DNA of 64,000 nucleotides, from positions 1-64,000 of the IMG/VR virus record IMGVR_UViG_3300003323_000950. One strand, given 5' to 3'. The notes beneath the pieces are model-generated. The model made no database searches, had not been told where the DNA came from, and was given only the letters and a program-made list of their open reading frames with translations. Both the position numbers and the translations under genes were made by a program. Positions within the stretch are counted from its first letter, which is position 1. Each line of letters opens with the position of its first letter. This DNA comes from a virus. Shown here piece by piece: positions 1 through 8,033 of the stretch.

Positions 1-90
1 GAGCAGTCGGAGCAGCGGGAGCAGCCGGAGCAGCCGGAGCAGCGGGAGCAGCCGGAGCAGCCGGAGCAGCGGGAGCAGTCGGAGCAGTTC
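1..90. repeat. 9-bp tandem repeat GAGCAGNNN, 10 units
   Basis: Units GAGCAGTCG/GAGCAGCGG/GAGCAGCCG; encode Cys-Ser-(Asp/Arg/Gly) on the minus strand. Confidence 0.95.
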
Positions 91-224
91 CAGCACGCCT
101 CGTTAGACTCGTTTTGCTTCTCGAAATCCGGATGCACCTTAGCGAATTCTTCGCTTACGCCGTTTACTTTCTTGTCTTCGCGATCATAAAATTCTGAGTA
201 AGTTTTGAAAATTTGGGTCTGCAT
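1..224 (-). CDS. Cys-rich (CSx)n repeat protein, runs off the left edge (not in ORF track)
   Basis: ATG at 224 gives MQTQIFKTYSEFYDREDKKVNGVSEEFAKVHPDFEKQNESNEACWNCSDCSRCSGCSGCSRCSGCSGCSRCSDCS..., open to the window edge; operator/promoter motif directly upstream. Confidence 0.8.
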   Translation of the reverse strand, partial: MQTQIFKTYSEFYDREDKKVNGVSEEFAKVHPDFEKQNESNEACWNCSDCSRCSGCSGCSRCSGCSGCSRCSDC

Positions 225-243
225 GATGGTTATGTTTTTGTAA

Positions 244-259
244 TGTAACGTGAAGTTAC
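244..259 (-). promoter_or_regulatory. Palindromic operator GTAAC-N5-GTTAC overlapping a -7-like box
   Basis: TGTAACGTGAAGTTAC; member of a motif family seen about 12 times upstream of minus-strand genes. Confidence 0.7.
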
Positions 260-1257
260 TACAATGACGGCTTCGGTGCAACATTTTGTGCAGGTAAATT
301 TAATAGGCCCTCCGCGCGGGCCTCTTCCACTATGTTCCACAGTGCCTCGTCGGTCATTTCGTCAAGCTCGTCGTTTGGCATAGTTGCCCGGCCATCGCTG
401 GTACGCTTGAATACTTTCAGCCAATCTTCCGGATTACGGTTCGTCAGAGCGAAGATGATCGCCATCGGGCTCGGGCCGTACCACTTTTCCTGCGTTTTCT
501 TCTCAATAGGTATCTCCAGACGCTTGCCTGTGGGCGCCATCTTGTAATGGTAGCGAACAGTCTCCAGGACCTTGGTATGGCCGGTTATCAATTTCTTAAG
601 GTTGGCTTTGGCGATGTCCCGGATAATGATGTTGTATGCTTTGCGGGACTTCTGGTAGGTCTCTTCGAATAAGGCCTCAAAAATAGGCCGGCTGAATATC
701 CACTCCCAGAAATGGCGATACTCGATGTTATTTCGGACCATGCATTCCAGCAATCCGAAGTGCCCGCTCTTAAAATCCTGCATGGCGAAGGCGAACCGCT
801 GGTATTCCTCGCGCTGATCCATCGGTATGGCGTCGTATTTATCTAGGAATTCCTTATCCAGGCTCATAGCTGCCGAGATGTCGCTTACGATGCCGTCCCG
901 GCCTTCCATGCTGGCCATCCTGTCGCGCATAGCTTGCGCCTCTTCTTCAGCTATCTGCTTCTCCACACGCTCCTGAATCTGCTTGGCTTTGACCTGCTCT
1001 GAGGTTTTTTTGCGGGCTTCCATCTGCTCGGGCGTGAGCTCGGAAGGCGTTATGGTGCCGGACATAACCGCCAGAATGCGGGGGTCGTAAAGGATCTTGC
1101 CGCGGTCGCGGGGCTTATGGGTGAGGAACTTGAATACCTCCGGGTGATTTGCTTTTAGGTTGTCTAAGCGTCTATCGAGGGTGCGTCTGGTGACTTTGGC
1201 CAAAGCGGCCAGCTGCTTTATATCCAGAAAATCCATTAAAAGTTGAGGTTTTGACAA
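259..1257 (-). CDS. Probable terminase small subunit with N-terminal HTH-like and coiled-coil extension
   Basis: C-terminal AIIFALTNRNPEDW resembles the TerS A.IF.LKNR.P..W motif; N-terminal IKQLAALAKVTRRTLDRRL is HTH-like; TTG start (ATG alternative at 1236). Confidence 0.6.
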   Translation of the reverse strand: MSKPQLLMDFLDIKQLAALAKVTRRTLDRRLDNLKANHPEVFKFLTHKPRDRGKILYDPRILAVMSGTITPSELTPEQMEARKKTSEQVKAKQIQERVEKQIAEEEAQAMRDRMASMEGRDGIVSDISAAMSLDKEFLDKYDAIPMDQREEYQRFAFAMQDFKSGHFGLLECMVRNNIEYRHFWEWIFSRPIFEALFEETYQKSRKAYNIIIRDIAKANLKKLITGHTKVLETVRYHYKMAPTGKRLEIPIEKKTQEKWYGPSPMAIIFALTNRNPEDWLKVFKRTSDGRATMPNDELDEMTDEALWNIVEEARAEGLLNLPAQNVAPKPSL

Positions 1258-1368
1258 ATATCAAGCGCCTCGTTTTTTGATGCAACTTTTCCTCAAAAAA
1301 CCTTGGACATTTCGACGTTAGACAAAACGTGTCCATGTCCAAGGGCTTTGAAAGATGTTGGACATGTC

Positions 1369-2445
1369 CTATGTCAAAGGTTCGTTTTGGCGCGATTTTA
1401 AGTACTTTTCTTGGATTTCAAGATACAATTTTGATGGTGAATTTTCCTCTTCTACCTCCATTTCGTTAAGGTTTATGATGCGAAACTCGCGGGTGAGGAT
1501 GCTGTGTACGAGCGTCGTTATCTGGGTTGTTGGTGACTCGATCTGCGCGTTGATGGTGGCTTTGAGCATGCGGTACATGCGTAGGACGATATCGGTTTTG
1601 TTGAGCCTTTCTTCGAGAATAATGATACCGTAGTCGTATCCAGCATAGATGCAATTGTCTTTGGTTCCCATGAGGAAGATGTAATCTTCGAAAGACTGCT
1701 CCAGGGCTTCTATTAACGAGAATTTGTTCTTGAGCATGAAGGCGTCGAGATTGAGGTGTTTTATTGGTCGCTTTGAATGTGGAACCTTTGATAGGACAAA
1801 ATCCTTTGTGAACCGCTGGCGTGTGCCGGATATCTTGACGGGCTTGTAATAACCTGCTGGCTTGTCGTCGCGGTTTACAATTTTGTTGTCTTTGAAATCC
1901 CATGTGGCGTCTGCCTGGGCGGCTGTGAATGGCTGTGGAATCTTGCTGAGGTCGTCCGATGATAGACCGAAATTATAAATGGCGAAGGTGCCGTGATTCT
2001 GCCTGAAGGCTTCAGCTTGTTTTGAAATCGGGAACGTTGGATATTTGTATTTGTCGCCTGACTTGCCGCTGGTTATGGTGATGCCACCAAGTATTCCGTT
2101 TAGAATACCTTCGTGAATCTGTGATCCGGCTTGCATGGCTGGCGGAACATATGTTTGCTCATTTATGACGGCGTCCCGCTGTTCGTTCGGGGTTACACCA
2201 AAGTCGCATGATGTTACGAGCTCTGAATTACTGAATGCGTCGATTGCGTCATGGAATGCGGCGGCGGCGACCTCGTTACCACTTCCTTCGGGAAACATGC
2301 CGTAAATGCGCGGTCCTTCGGCGGGTGGCATGTCTGATAGCTGCTTTATGACGGCCAAGCGGTCAGCGTCGTTTTTGAAGAGCAGAAGGATTTCATCGCC
2401 CTGGCGGTCGGCATCGAATAGATACCGGTTGATCATTACTTTCAT
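1369..2445 (-). CDS. Hypothetical protein (358 aa)
   Basis: Long ORF in operon orientation; no recognised motif. Confidence 0.75.
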   Translation of the reverse strand: MKVMINRYLFDADRQGDEILLLFKNDADRLAVIKQLSDMPPAEGPRIYGMFPEGSGNEVAAAAFHDAIDAFSNSELVTSCDFGVTPNEQRDAVINEQTYVPPAMQAGSQIHEGILNGILGGITITSGKSGDKYKYPTFPISKQAEAFRQNHGTFAIYNFGLSSDDLSKIPQPFTAAQADATWDFKDNKIVNRDDKPAGYYKPVKISGTRQRFTKDFVLSKVPHSKRPIKHLNLDAFMLKNKFSLIEALEQSFEDYIFLMGTKDNCIYAGYDYGIIILEERLNKTDIVLRMYRMLKATINAQIESPTTQITTLVHSILTREFRIINLNEMEVEEENSPSKLYLEIQEKYLKSRQNEPLT

Positions 2446-2479
2446 TGGAGATGCGGTTTAAGTTTGATTGATTGTTGAA

Positions 2480-2522
2480 ATAAATAAAGGGCCGTACCTG
2501 GCGTCTCCTGGTCGTGCCCTTT
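2480..2522 (-). terminator. Possible intrinsic terminator
   Basis: AAAGGGC...GCCCTTT stem followed by ATTTATTT on the minus strand. Confidence 0.4.
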
Positions 2523-2539
2523 GGTCTATAGTTGAGTTG

Positions 2540-2917
2540 CTAAATAAGCCGTTTGAAGAATAAATTTACTTTATTTGGTTGTCCTGCCGGTACGGCAGAA
2601 ACAAGCTCCCAACCAATCGAACCCAAGTCATTCATGGCCTCGTGTATTCGTGAATAAAAGCATTCCTCCCATTGATACTTCCATCTTGGGCCACGGTACT
2701 TGACTTCAGCCGGGTCGCCATAGCCGAACTCCTGCCGGAACTTGTGGACACGTATTTTGCCCATAATCCGAATTTTCATCATCTCATCGTCTGTGAGAGT
2801 AAGAAGTTCCTGGCAAGTTGTGGCGCCATACATTTCAAATGCTTGGGCTGCAATGTAACGCGACTTGAAGAACTCTTCAATAGTGGTTTGGTTGGTTATA
2901 GGTGTTTCTGTTTTCAT
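2540..2917 (-). CDS. RNA polymerase alpha-CTD-like HhH domain fused to a DUF4177-like domain
   Basis: AAQAFEMYGATTCQELLTLTDDEMMKIRIMGK aligns by eye to alpha-CTD (..[29 protein letters not shown]); C-terminal WKYQ...MNDLGSIGWELVSAV...LFFKR is DUF4177-like. Confidence 0.55.
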   Translation of the reverse strand: MKTETPITNQTTIEEFFKSRYIAAQAFEMYGATTCQELLTLTDDEMMKIRIMGKIRVHKFRQEFGYGDPAEVKYRGPRWKYQWEECFYSRIHEAMNDLGSIGWELVSAVPAGQPNKVNLFFKRLI

Positions 2918-3032
2918 TGGATTTATGGTTTGACGTGATTGATCGGATAGAGAACCCGGGGCGGCCGCCGGCGATTGGGTTTTCCGGCGGCGCTGATCCG
3001 GGCGGGGCGCAAGACGTGGGCCTGCGATGTCT

Positions 3033-3200
3033 TTAGTTTAGGTGGAGCATTGATTTGATCTCCATGAAGCCGACGTGCGCTGGAAAGCATAATCTGAAAA
3101 GCTGGGCGTCAGACCATCTACCGCTCAGATTATAGAATCTAGTGTTTCTCTGTTTAAAGGCTTCACGCATGGCGCCATAAACGTATATGTCGAGTTTCAT
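3033..3200 (-). CDS. Small hypothetical protein (55 aa, MKLDIYVYGAMREAF...)
   Basis: ATGA overlap with the upstream small ORF; below ORF-track cutoff. Confidence 0.55.
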   Translation of the reverse strand: MKLDIYVYGAMREAFKQRNTRFYNLSGRWSDAQLFRLCFPAHVGFMEIKSMLHLN

Positions 3201-3376
3201 GGCCGTGCTTTCTTTTGCCGGCGAGCTTTTCCTTGTGATCCGTGATCCTTACGAGGACGGCCTGCCGTATGTAGGCTCTTCCATATAGCCATCAACTTTA
3301 TTTCATTCGCGTTTTTTGGACCCCCGCAAGCAATTATTAAAGATGCTTCTTTTTCAATTTTTTCTATTGTGCTCAT
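3197..3376 (-). CDS. Small basic hypothetical protein (59 aa, MSTIEKIEKEASL...)
   Basis: Directly downstream of a consensus promoter; ATGA-coupled to the next ORF. Confidence 0.6.
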   Translation of the reverse strand: MSTIEKIEKEASLIIACGGPKNANEIKLMAIWKSLHTAGRPRKDHGSQGKARRQKKARP

Positions 3377-3401
3377 GTTTTCCGTTCGTTGATTGATGAT
3401 G

Positions 3402-3433
3402 TAAATGTAACGTCAGATTACATGAAAAGCAAA
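3402..3433 (-). promoter_or_regulatory. Bacteroidota housekeeping-sigma-type promoter with operator
   Basis: Minus strand TTTG-N20-TACATTTA; plus strand TGTAAC-GTCAG-ATTACA. Confidence 0.75.
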
Positions 3434-3435
3434 TA

Positions 3436-3669
3436 TCAAGACGGATATTTTTTGACGCGTCCGCCAGTCTTGGGGCGTTTGCCTCTTTTTGTGCGTTTTT
3501 CAGCCTTTGCCTCCATCATGATTTGATAGTTAGGGCGGCCGTTGTTCGGGCAGGCGCTGATGTATGCGTCTGGATCGTTGGGGATATTGGCGATGAACTC
3601 TTCGTGTAAGGCATCGACTTTGGTTATCGGCTTATGGCAGCCGGGGCATATGGTAATTCTGCTCGGCAT
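3436..3669 (-). CDS. Small Cys-containing, basic-tailed hypothetical protein
   Basis: CPGC...CP motif and Lys/Arg-rich C-terminus. Confidence 0.55.
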   Translation of the reverse strand: MPSRITICPGCHKPITKVDALHEEFIANIPNDPDAYISACPNNGRPNYQIMMEAKAEKRTKRGKRPKTGGRVKKYPS

Positions 3670-3703
3670 AAGATTTTGGGGTTACATTGAAAAATATAAG
3701 GAT

Positions 3704-3892
3704 ATGTCACTTTTAAGCATAATTGTAGCGTTGATCGTTATCGGTATCGTGCTGTGGCTGATCAACAATTACATACCGATGGATCAGAAGATTAAGACCA
3801 TCCTGAACGTGGTGGTAATTCTTGTAGTTGTTATTTGGCTGCTGAGTGCTCTTGGGGCTCTTTCTTATCTGAATCGGCCGGTTCACTTTTAG
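3704..3892 (+). CDS. Thivi_2564-family-like two-TM membrane protein (moron-like, opposite strand)
   Basis: MSLLSIIVALIVIGIVLWLINNYIPMDQKIKTILNVVVILVVVIWLLSALG; start set at ATG 3704. Confidence 0.75.
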   Translation: MSLLSIIVALIVIGIVLWLINNYIPMDQKIKTILNVVVILVVVIWLLSALGALSYLNRPVHF

Positions 3893-4163
3893 TGAAATGG
3901 ATCGGCATTTCAATGAGCGTACCAAGTAAGCCAATGTTGTATGCGATTAAATGGCCGTTCTTTAGCTTTTGAACATTGCAGTGGTATTCAAAATCGCGGT
4001 TATTATACATTGATGATTTTGATAATACCGATCCTACGTGAATCTGGTCAATTTCTGATGGCGGGTTAGGCTGAAATTTAAATAGCCCGTCATTTCGCTT
4101 AAACTCTTCACCGGCAAGGAACCGTTCCTTTGTTATCGGTATTTCAATTCTTCCACTATTCAT
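3831..4163 (-). CDS. Hypothetical protein
   Basis: ORF coupled to the upstream gene. Confidence 0.6.
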   Translation of the reverse strand: MNSGRIEIPITKERFLAGEEFKRNDGLFKFQPNPPSEIDQIHVGSVLSKSSMYNNRDFEYHCNVQKLKNGHLIAYNIGLLGTLIEMPIHFTKSEPADSDKKEPQEHSAAK

Positions 4164-4458
4164 GATGCAATTGTGGGTTGTCGATTAAAAACCAGTGTCC
4201 GTTCGGCCAGCGGCGCCAGGTCTTGGGCTCGGGTTGTTGTCTATGCTGTATGCGAATGTAGAGCCGCGTGTAAAGCCAGTTATCCTTTACTGCCTTGGCA
4301 GAATCCATTTTCTCTTGGTAGTATTCTTCCGATATCTGCCCTCTCATTCGCCGCCTGAGCAGCTGGCGGATGTATTCAGCCTGTTCGGCTATCCGCCTGG
4401 TGCAGAACTCCTCGCTGTCGAGGAGCTCTGCAGCGGTTGGTAATAGGTTATCGGGCAT
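4156..4458 (-). CDS. Hypothetical protein
   Basis: ORF in operon. Confidence 0.6.
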   Translation of the reverse strand: MPDNLLPTAAELLDSEEFCTRRIAEQAEYIRQLLRRRMRGQISEEYYQEKMDSAKAVKDNWLYTRLYIRIQHRQQPEPKTWRRWPNGHWFLIDNPQLHHE

Positions 4459-4551
4459 TGAGACAGGCGTTTAAGAATACTACGGCGCCAGTGATGGCAG
4501 CTGCCGCCAGGATCCGCAGCAGGATCAGGAGAGCGAATGCAGTCGTGTGTT

Positions 4552-4953
4552 TCATGGCTTCAGTATTTTAGCTCCATGCTCAATAACTGCCCGTATGTAC
4601 ATTTTCTGTATGATCGCAGCGAAAGTCGGCTCTGGATACTTGATACGGCGCGGTAAGACATTCTTACGGTAGTAGTCCAATGCGAATACCTCACCCAGTA
4701 AGAAGTGTGTGATCTTTACCAGGGCGTCGCCGTGACCGTATATCGTAAGCCCGAGCTTGTCGTAATAGAACAAGTCGTCCGGAAGGATGTCGTTTATCTG
4801 GAGGTTAAACTCGCCGCGGACTCCGGTCTTTTCCTGTAGTGCTTTGACGTCGCTGATGTCCTTCGCGAGCATGTCCAGGCCTGCGAGGTTAATAGCGATC
4901 GGGTCGCGGCCGTCGAAGCGGCGAGTTTTAGGGTCGTATTGGAAGCGTTGCAT
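4552..4953 (-). CDS. Hypothetical protein
   Basis: ORF in operon. Confidence 0.65.
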   Translation of the reverse strand: MQRFQYDPKTRRFDGRDPIAINLAGLDMLAKDISDVKALQEKTGVRGEFNLQINDILPDDLFYYDKLGLTIYGHGDALVKITHFLLGEVFALDYYRKNVLPRRIKYPEPTFAAIIQKMYIRAVIEHGAKILKP

Positions 4954-4957
4954 GGTT

Positions 4958-5386
4958 CTATTTAACCGTAACGGCTGATACTACCGTCTTGAATTGCTCA
5001 AACATCGTATCTGATATCGCCTTCGACTGACTGGAAAGGTATTTTGAAATCTCTTCCTTTACAGTTCTGTCGAACATCCTGGAAATGTCAGATGCCGTAA
5101 GACTCTCTTTGAGTTTTATTCTAAAGAAAGACTCGAGTGAATCATAGGTCTTGTTAGACCAGCCATCGGAAACTGTAACCTTATTCTTGAGGTATTCAGT
5201 GATGAGTGTGTTAATTTCCGTATCGACATATTCTTTGGTGAGTCTTGCGGCTGAATTATCAAGCGCTTTCTCAATCCGATCTTTGAACTGCTCGATAATG
5301 GTGTCGCTCACAATTTGCTCGATGTCAATCCGATCAAATTCTTTCTTGATTTGCTTGGTGACGAGTTCTTCGATATTTAATTCCAT
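4958..5386 (-). CDS. Hypothetical helical protein (start MELNIEEL)
   Basis: Start moved to ATG 5386 because a promoter lies at 5414-5445. Confidence 0.7.
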   Translation of the reverse strand: MELNIEELVTKQIKKEFDRIDIEQIVSDTIIEQFKDRIEKALDNSAARLTKEYVDTEINTLITEYLKNKVTVSDGWSNKTYDSLESFFRIKLKESLTASDISRMFDRTVKEEISKYLSSQSKAISDTMFEQFKTVVSAVTVK

Positions 5387-5413
5387 AAAAAGTTGGGGTT
5401 TATATTGATTAGT

Positions 5414-5445
5414 CAAATGTAACACGAAGTTATATACAAGGCAAA
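5414..5445 (-). promoter_or_regulatory. Consensus promoter with operator
   Basis: TTTG-N20-TACATTTG; GTAAC-ACGAA-GTTAT. Confidence 0.8.
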
Positions 5446-5456
5446 CATCCAAAGAA

Positions 5457-5915
5457 CTATATTTTAAAACCGTTCTCTATTAGCCACTGAACGACCTTGT
5501 CGTCATCATAAATTCGGCGTAAAAGGTCTGTTTCCGACATAGCCATCGCAGTTGCCACTTCGGCGAGTGTCTTGTAACGGTGGATTGCCAGGGTAAAGTT
5601 TTCAAATGAAAATTCCTCTGGGCTGCAGAAGTCACCCCAGAGCGCGAGCTCAACGATAAAGGATTGGGAAAAATCTCGCTGTTTGGCCCACTTGTCCCAC
5701 CGGCTTTTATTCTGGGATTCGTTTATGGCATTTAGAAGCGCCTGGTATCCTTGTGTTATGAATGCCTTGCATTGGTGGAGCGTTGTGGGATTATCGACTA
5801 TGTAAGCGGATACCTCCTTGGGGTCCAACTGTAAGCCCTTGCAGGCGTGCGTAAGGCCTAGCCCGTTGCAAAGGGCGGCATAGATAGTCTGGTGCTGTAG
5901 CTCGTTCAGGATCAC
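5457..5915 (-). CDS. Hypothetical protein, possible duplicated HTH
   Basis: GLGLTHACKGLQLDPKEV and TLAEVATAMAMSETDL segments are HTH-like. Confidence 0.6.
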   Translation of the reverse strand: MILNELQHQTIYAALCNGLGLTHACKGLQLDPKEVSAYIVDNPTTLHQCKAFITQGYQALLNAINESQNKSRWDKWAKQRDFSQSFIVELALWGDFCSPEEFSFENFTLAIHRYKTLAEVATAMAMSETDLLRRIYDDDKVVQWLIENGFKI

Positions 5916-6379
5916 GTTTTGCTTTTTAGGATATCAATGATGGCTTGCGGCGCCCATTTATCGAACCGGCGTTCGTCGATGTTCAGAACGACTACTGATG
6001 GCTCTACTTGGCTACTGGAAAACATTACCATGTATTTGTATCCGCCGTTCTTAAACCTGGTTCCCTGCTTAATGGGTAATCCCTCGATGGTGTACATGTC
6101 GCGGCGCGGCCACTTGCCTTTAGCGATAAAATGCAGGGCATTTAACTTCTCAGCCATGACATAGTCCGGAAAAGGTTGGTAGCCCACGGCGTTGTAGCAG
6201 TTTTCGAGCGTCAGGATACCGGTAAGGAAGTTTGTCAGAGCATCATAAAGGAACTGATAATTGCCGCACTCGAAGCGGACCAACTCGGGGTTTTTGAAGT
6301 CTTTATGGTAGACGAAATTGGAAAGCATGTCGCCCAGTGGGGGCACGGTCTTAGGGCTTGCAGTCTTCAAATTCTTCAT
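5912..6379 (-). CDS. Hypothetical protein
   Basis: ORF with coupled overlaps. Confidence 0.65.
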   Translation of the reverse strand: MKNLKTASPKTVPPLGDMLSNFVYHKDFKNPELVRFECGNYQFLYDALTNFLTGILTLENCYNAVGYQPFPDYVMAEKLNALHFIAKGKWPRRDMYTIEGLPIKQGTRFKNGGYKYMVMFSSSQVEPSVVVLNIDERRFDKWAPQAIIDILKSKT

Positions 6380-6578
6380 CGGGTGAAATTGTGCTGGTGA
6401 TCATCGTAGGGTTTTTGCCGCAGAAATATAGTTCGCCGGCAGGCCATGAAGCAAGGCTTTCACCTGGTTGTAATGGCGGATAGAAGCTTACATTTTCATA
6501 ATCAACGATAGCCAATCCGCATACTATGCAAAACTGCTTAACGCCATCAAACTCGCCGGCTATGTGTCGTATGTTCAT
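6351..6578 (-). CDS. Small hypothetical protein with CxxC (start MNIRHIAG)
   Basis: Start moved to ATG 6578; QFCIVCG motif. Confidence 0.55.
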   Translation of the reverse strand: MNIRHIAGEFDGVKQFCIVCGLAIVDYENVSFYPPLQPGESLASWPAGELYFCGKNPTMITSTISPDEEFEDCKP

Positions 6579-6714
6579 TTTTTTCGTATTGGCGTTTTTG
6601 AATAGAAATAATGTCCAATCTCGTACACGTGGACAATATTCCAAGTGAACAGGAATAAAACAATATGGTAAGCTATTCGGCGAATGTATAGCCAGCAGAT
6701 TGGATCTCGTTTCT

Positions 6715-7161
6715 TCACATCCCCAGCTGTTTAAACCCGTTGTCCTTGAGCGTTTCGTAGAACGTCTGGCCCTTATCCAGGACATAGACGTATGGCATGA
6801 ACACTTCCATAAATTCTACCTGCTCAAGCTTGATCATGGTTGCCTGGAGCTCAACCCATTCTTTGATGTTCTTCCAGGCTGTACGGTCAGCCTGCTCTTC
6901 AGCGGACTTCTCCTGCAGTCGGGTTGGCCGACGGTACTGCTGCATGAAAATCTTCTTCAGCGGGCCGCGCTTGGCTGGCAGCTTGAACGGAATCACGCCG
7001 CCGCCCATGGTTGGATGTGATATTGAGAAAGTGATGCTATCTACCTTTCCAAACCCGTCGTATTCTTTGGCAATGTTGCGCGCGCCCATGCCGATCAGCG
7101 TCTTTTCAATCTGGTTGATTGACTTCTCCGGCGCTACGGAGGATGTTCTATTTTTGATCAT
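6715..7161 (-). CDS. Conserved phage hypothetical protein (start MIKNRTSSVAPEKS)
   Basis: SINQIEKTLIGMGA...QADRTAWKNIKEWVELQ...EVFMPY pattern recurs in many phages. Confidence 0.7.
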   Translation of the reverse strand: MIKNRTSSVAPEKSINQIEKTLIGMGARNIAKEYDGFGKVDSITFSISHPTMGGGVIPFKLPAKRGPLKKIFMQQYRRPTRLQEKSAEEQADRTAWKNIKEWVELQATMIKLEQVEFMEVFMPYVYVLDKGQTFYETLKDNGFKQLGM

Positions 7162-7894
7162 GAAGTTTGATTGGTAAACGTTCTGGTATTTCATCGTATG
7201 TTCTGCCCTGCAGAAGTCGGCCGCTTTCTTTCTTGTTCTTACCTCCCCATTGTTTGAAGAAGAACTTTACGCCGGCGCGAGCACACTGGTCTCGTATTGA
7301 TGTAACCCACTCTTCGCGCATTGGCCGAGGCTTACGGCCACTTTCTCCGCCGACAATTACCCAATCTATCATGCCCAATTGCATATTCTCTATAGGTCCT
7401 AAAAGTGGCTCTAAAGAAAGAAATTTTGTATGGGCAGTTGTGGCAGACAAGTCAGTTATACGTTTGGTGTATAACTCGCTTTCGACACTGACACCAAGCC
7501 ACAAGTTTTCAGGCCATGGTGTTCTTGGACCTATCCATTCATAATCCAAAAGCCTTGAACTGCGCTTGGTTAGAACCTGGAAAGTATGCTGTGGGTTTTC
7601 GCGGATCACCTTCATCACCCGATCTATGAAATCGAATGGAACATCGTGATGAAACAGATCGCTCATTGAATCAACGAAAACCATTCTACTGCCTCGCCAT
7701 TTGTATGGGCGCTTAAGCTCGTCTTCGTGAATGCGCAACTTGAAGCCGTCCTGATACTTTTCCTGGCCCATGCCTTTCAGCCGGCGCGTCATCACTTCGG
7801 CATAGCAGAACTTGCAGCCTGTTGAAATCTTGTCACATCCCGTTGTCGGGTTCCACGTGATTTCTGTCCATTCTATTCTTGAAGATGTGCTCAT
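7148..7894 (-). CDS. Phage Gp37/Gp68 (DUF5131) family protein, radical-SAM-like
   Basis: IEWTEITWNPTTGCDKISTGCKFCYA, SMSDLFH, FQVLTKR, WLGVSVE, SLEPLLG, WVIVGGESG, FFFKQWGG; start at ATG 7894. Confidence 0.93.
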   Translation of the reverse strand: MSTSSRIEWTEITWNPTTGCDKISTGCKFCYAEVMTRRLKGMGQEKYQDGFKLRIHEDELKRPYKWRGSRMVFVDSMSDLFHHDVPFDFIDRVMKVIRENPQHTFQVLTKRSSRLLDYEWIGPRTPWPENLWLGVSVESELYTKRITDLSATTAHTKFLSLEPLLGPIENMQLGMIDWVIVGGESGRKPRPMREEWVTSIRDQCARAGVKFFFKQWGGKNKKESGRLLQGRTYDEIPERLPIKLHDQK

Positions 7895-7906
7895 AATTGA
7901 AATCTT

Positions 7907-7935
7907 AAAAAGAACCCCGACCAGTTGGTCGGGGT
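7907..7935 (-). terminator. Intrinsic terminator downstream of tRNA-like element 1
   Basis: ACCCCGACC-AACT-GGTCGGGGT followed by TCTTTTT. Confidence 0.75.
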
Positions 7936-7955
7936 AGACAAACAACCCATTAACA

Positions 7956-8026
7956 TGCTCCCGTGGACCGATTCGAACGATCACCGCCCGCTTTCGCAGC
8001 GGTTCTGCCAGTTAAACTACACGGGA
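7956..8026 (-). ncRNA. tRNA-like RNA 1 with shrunken anticodon arm
   Basis: TCCCGTG/CACGGGA acceptor, D-arm GTTT-AACTGGCA-GAAC, T-arm GATCG-TTCGAAT-CGGTC; anticodon arm only CGCT-GCGAA-AGCG. Confidence 0.8.
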
Positions 8027-8033
8027 TGACCAT

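Noticed and set aside
1-90. Repeat array as a CRISPR array
   Set aside because: 9-bp contiguous units with no spacers; it is in-frame coding sequence. No repeat-spacer array was seen anywhere in the window.
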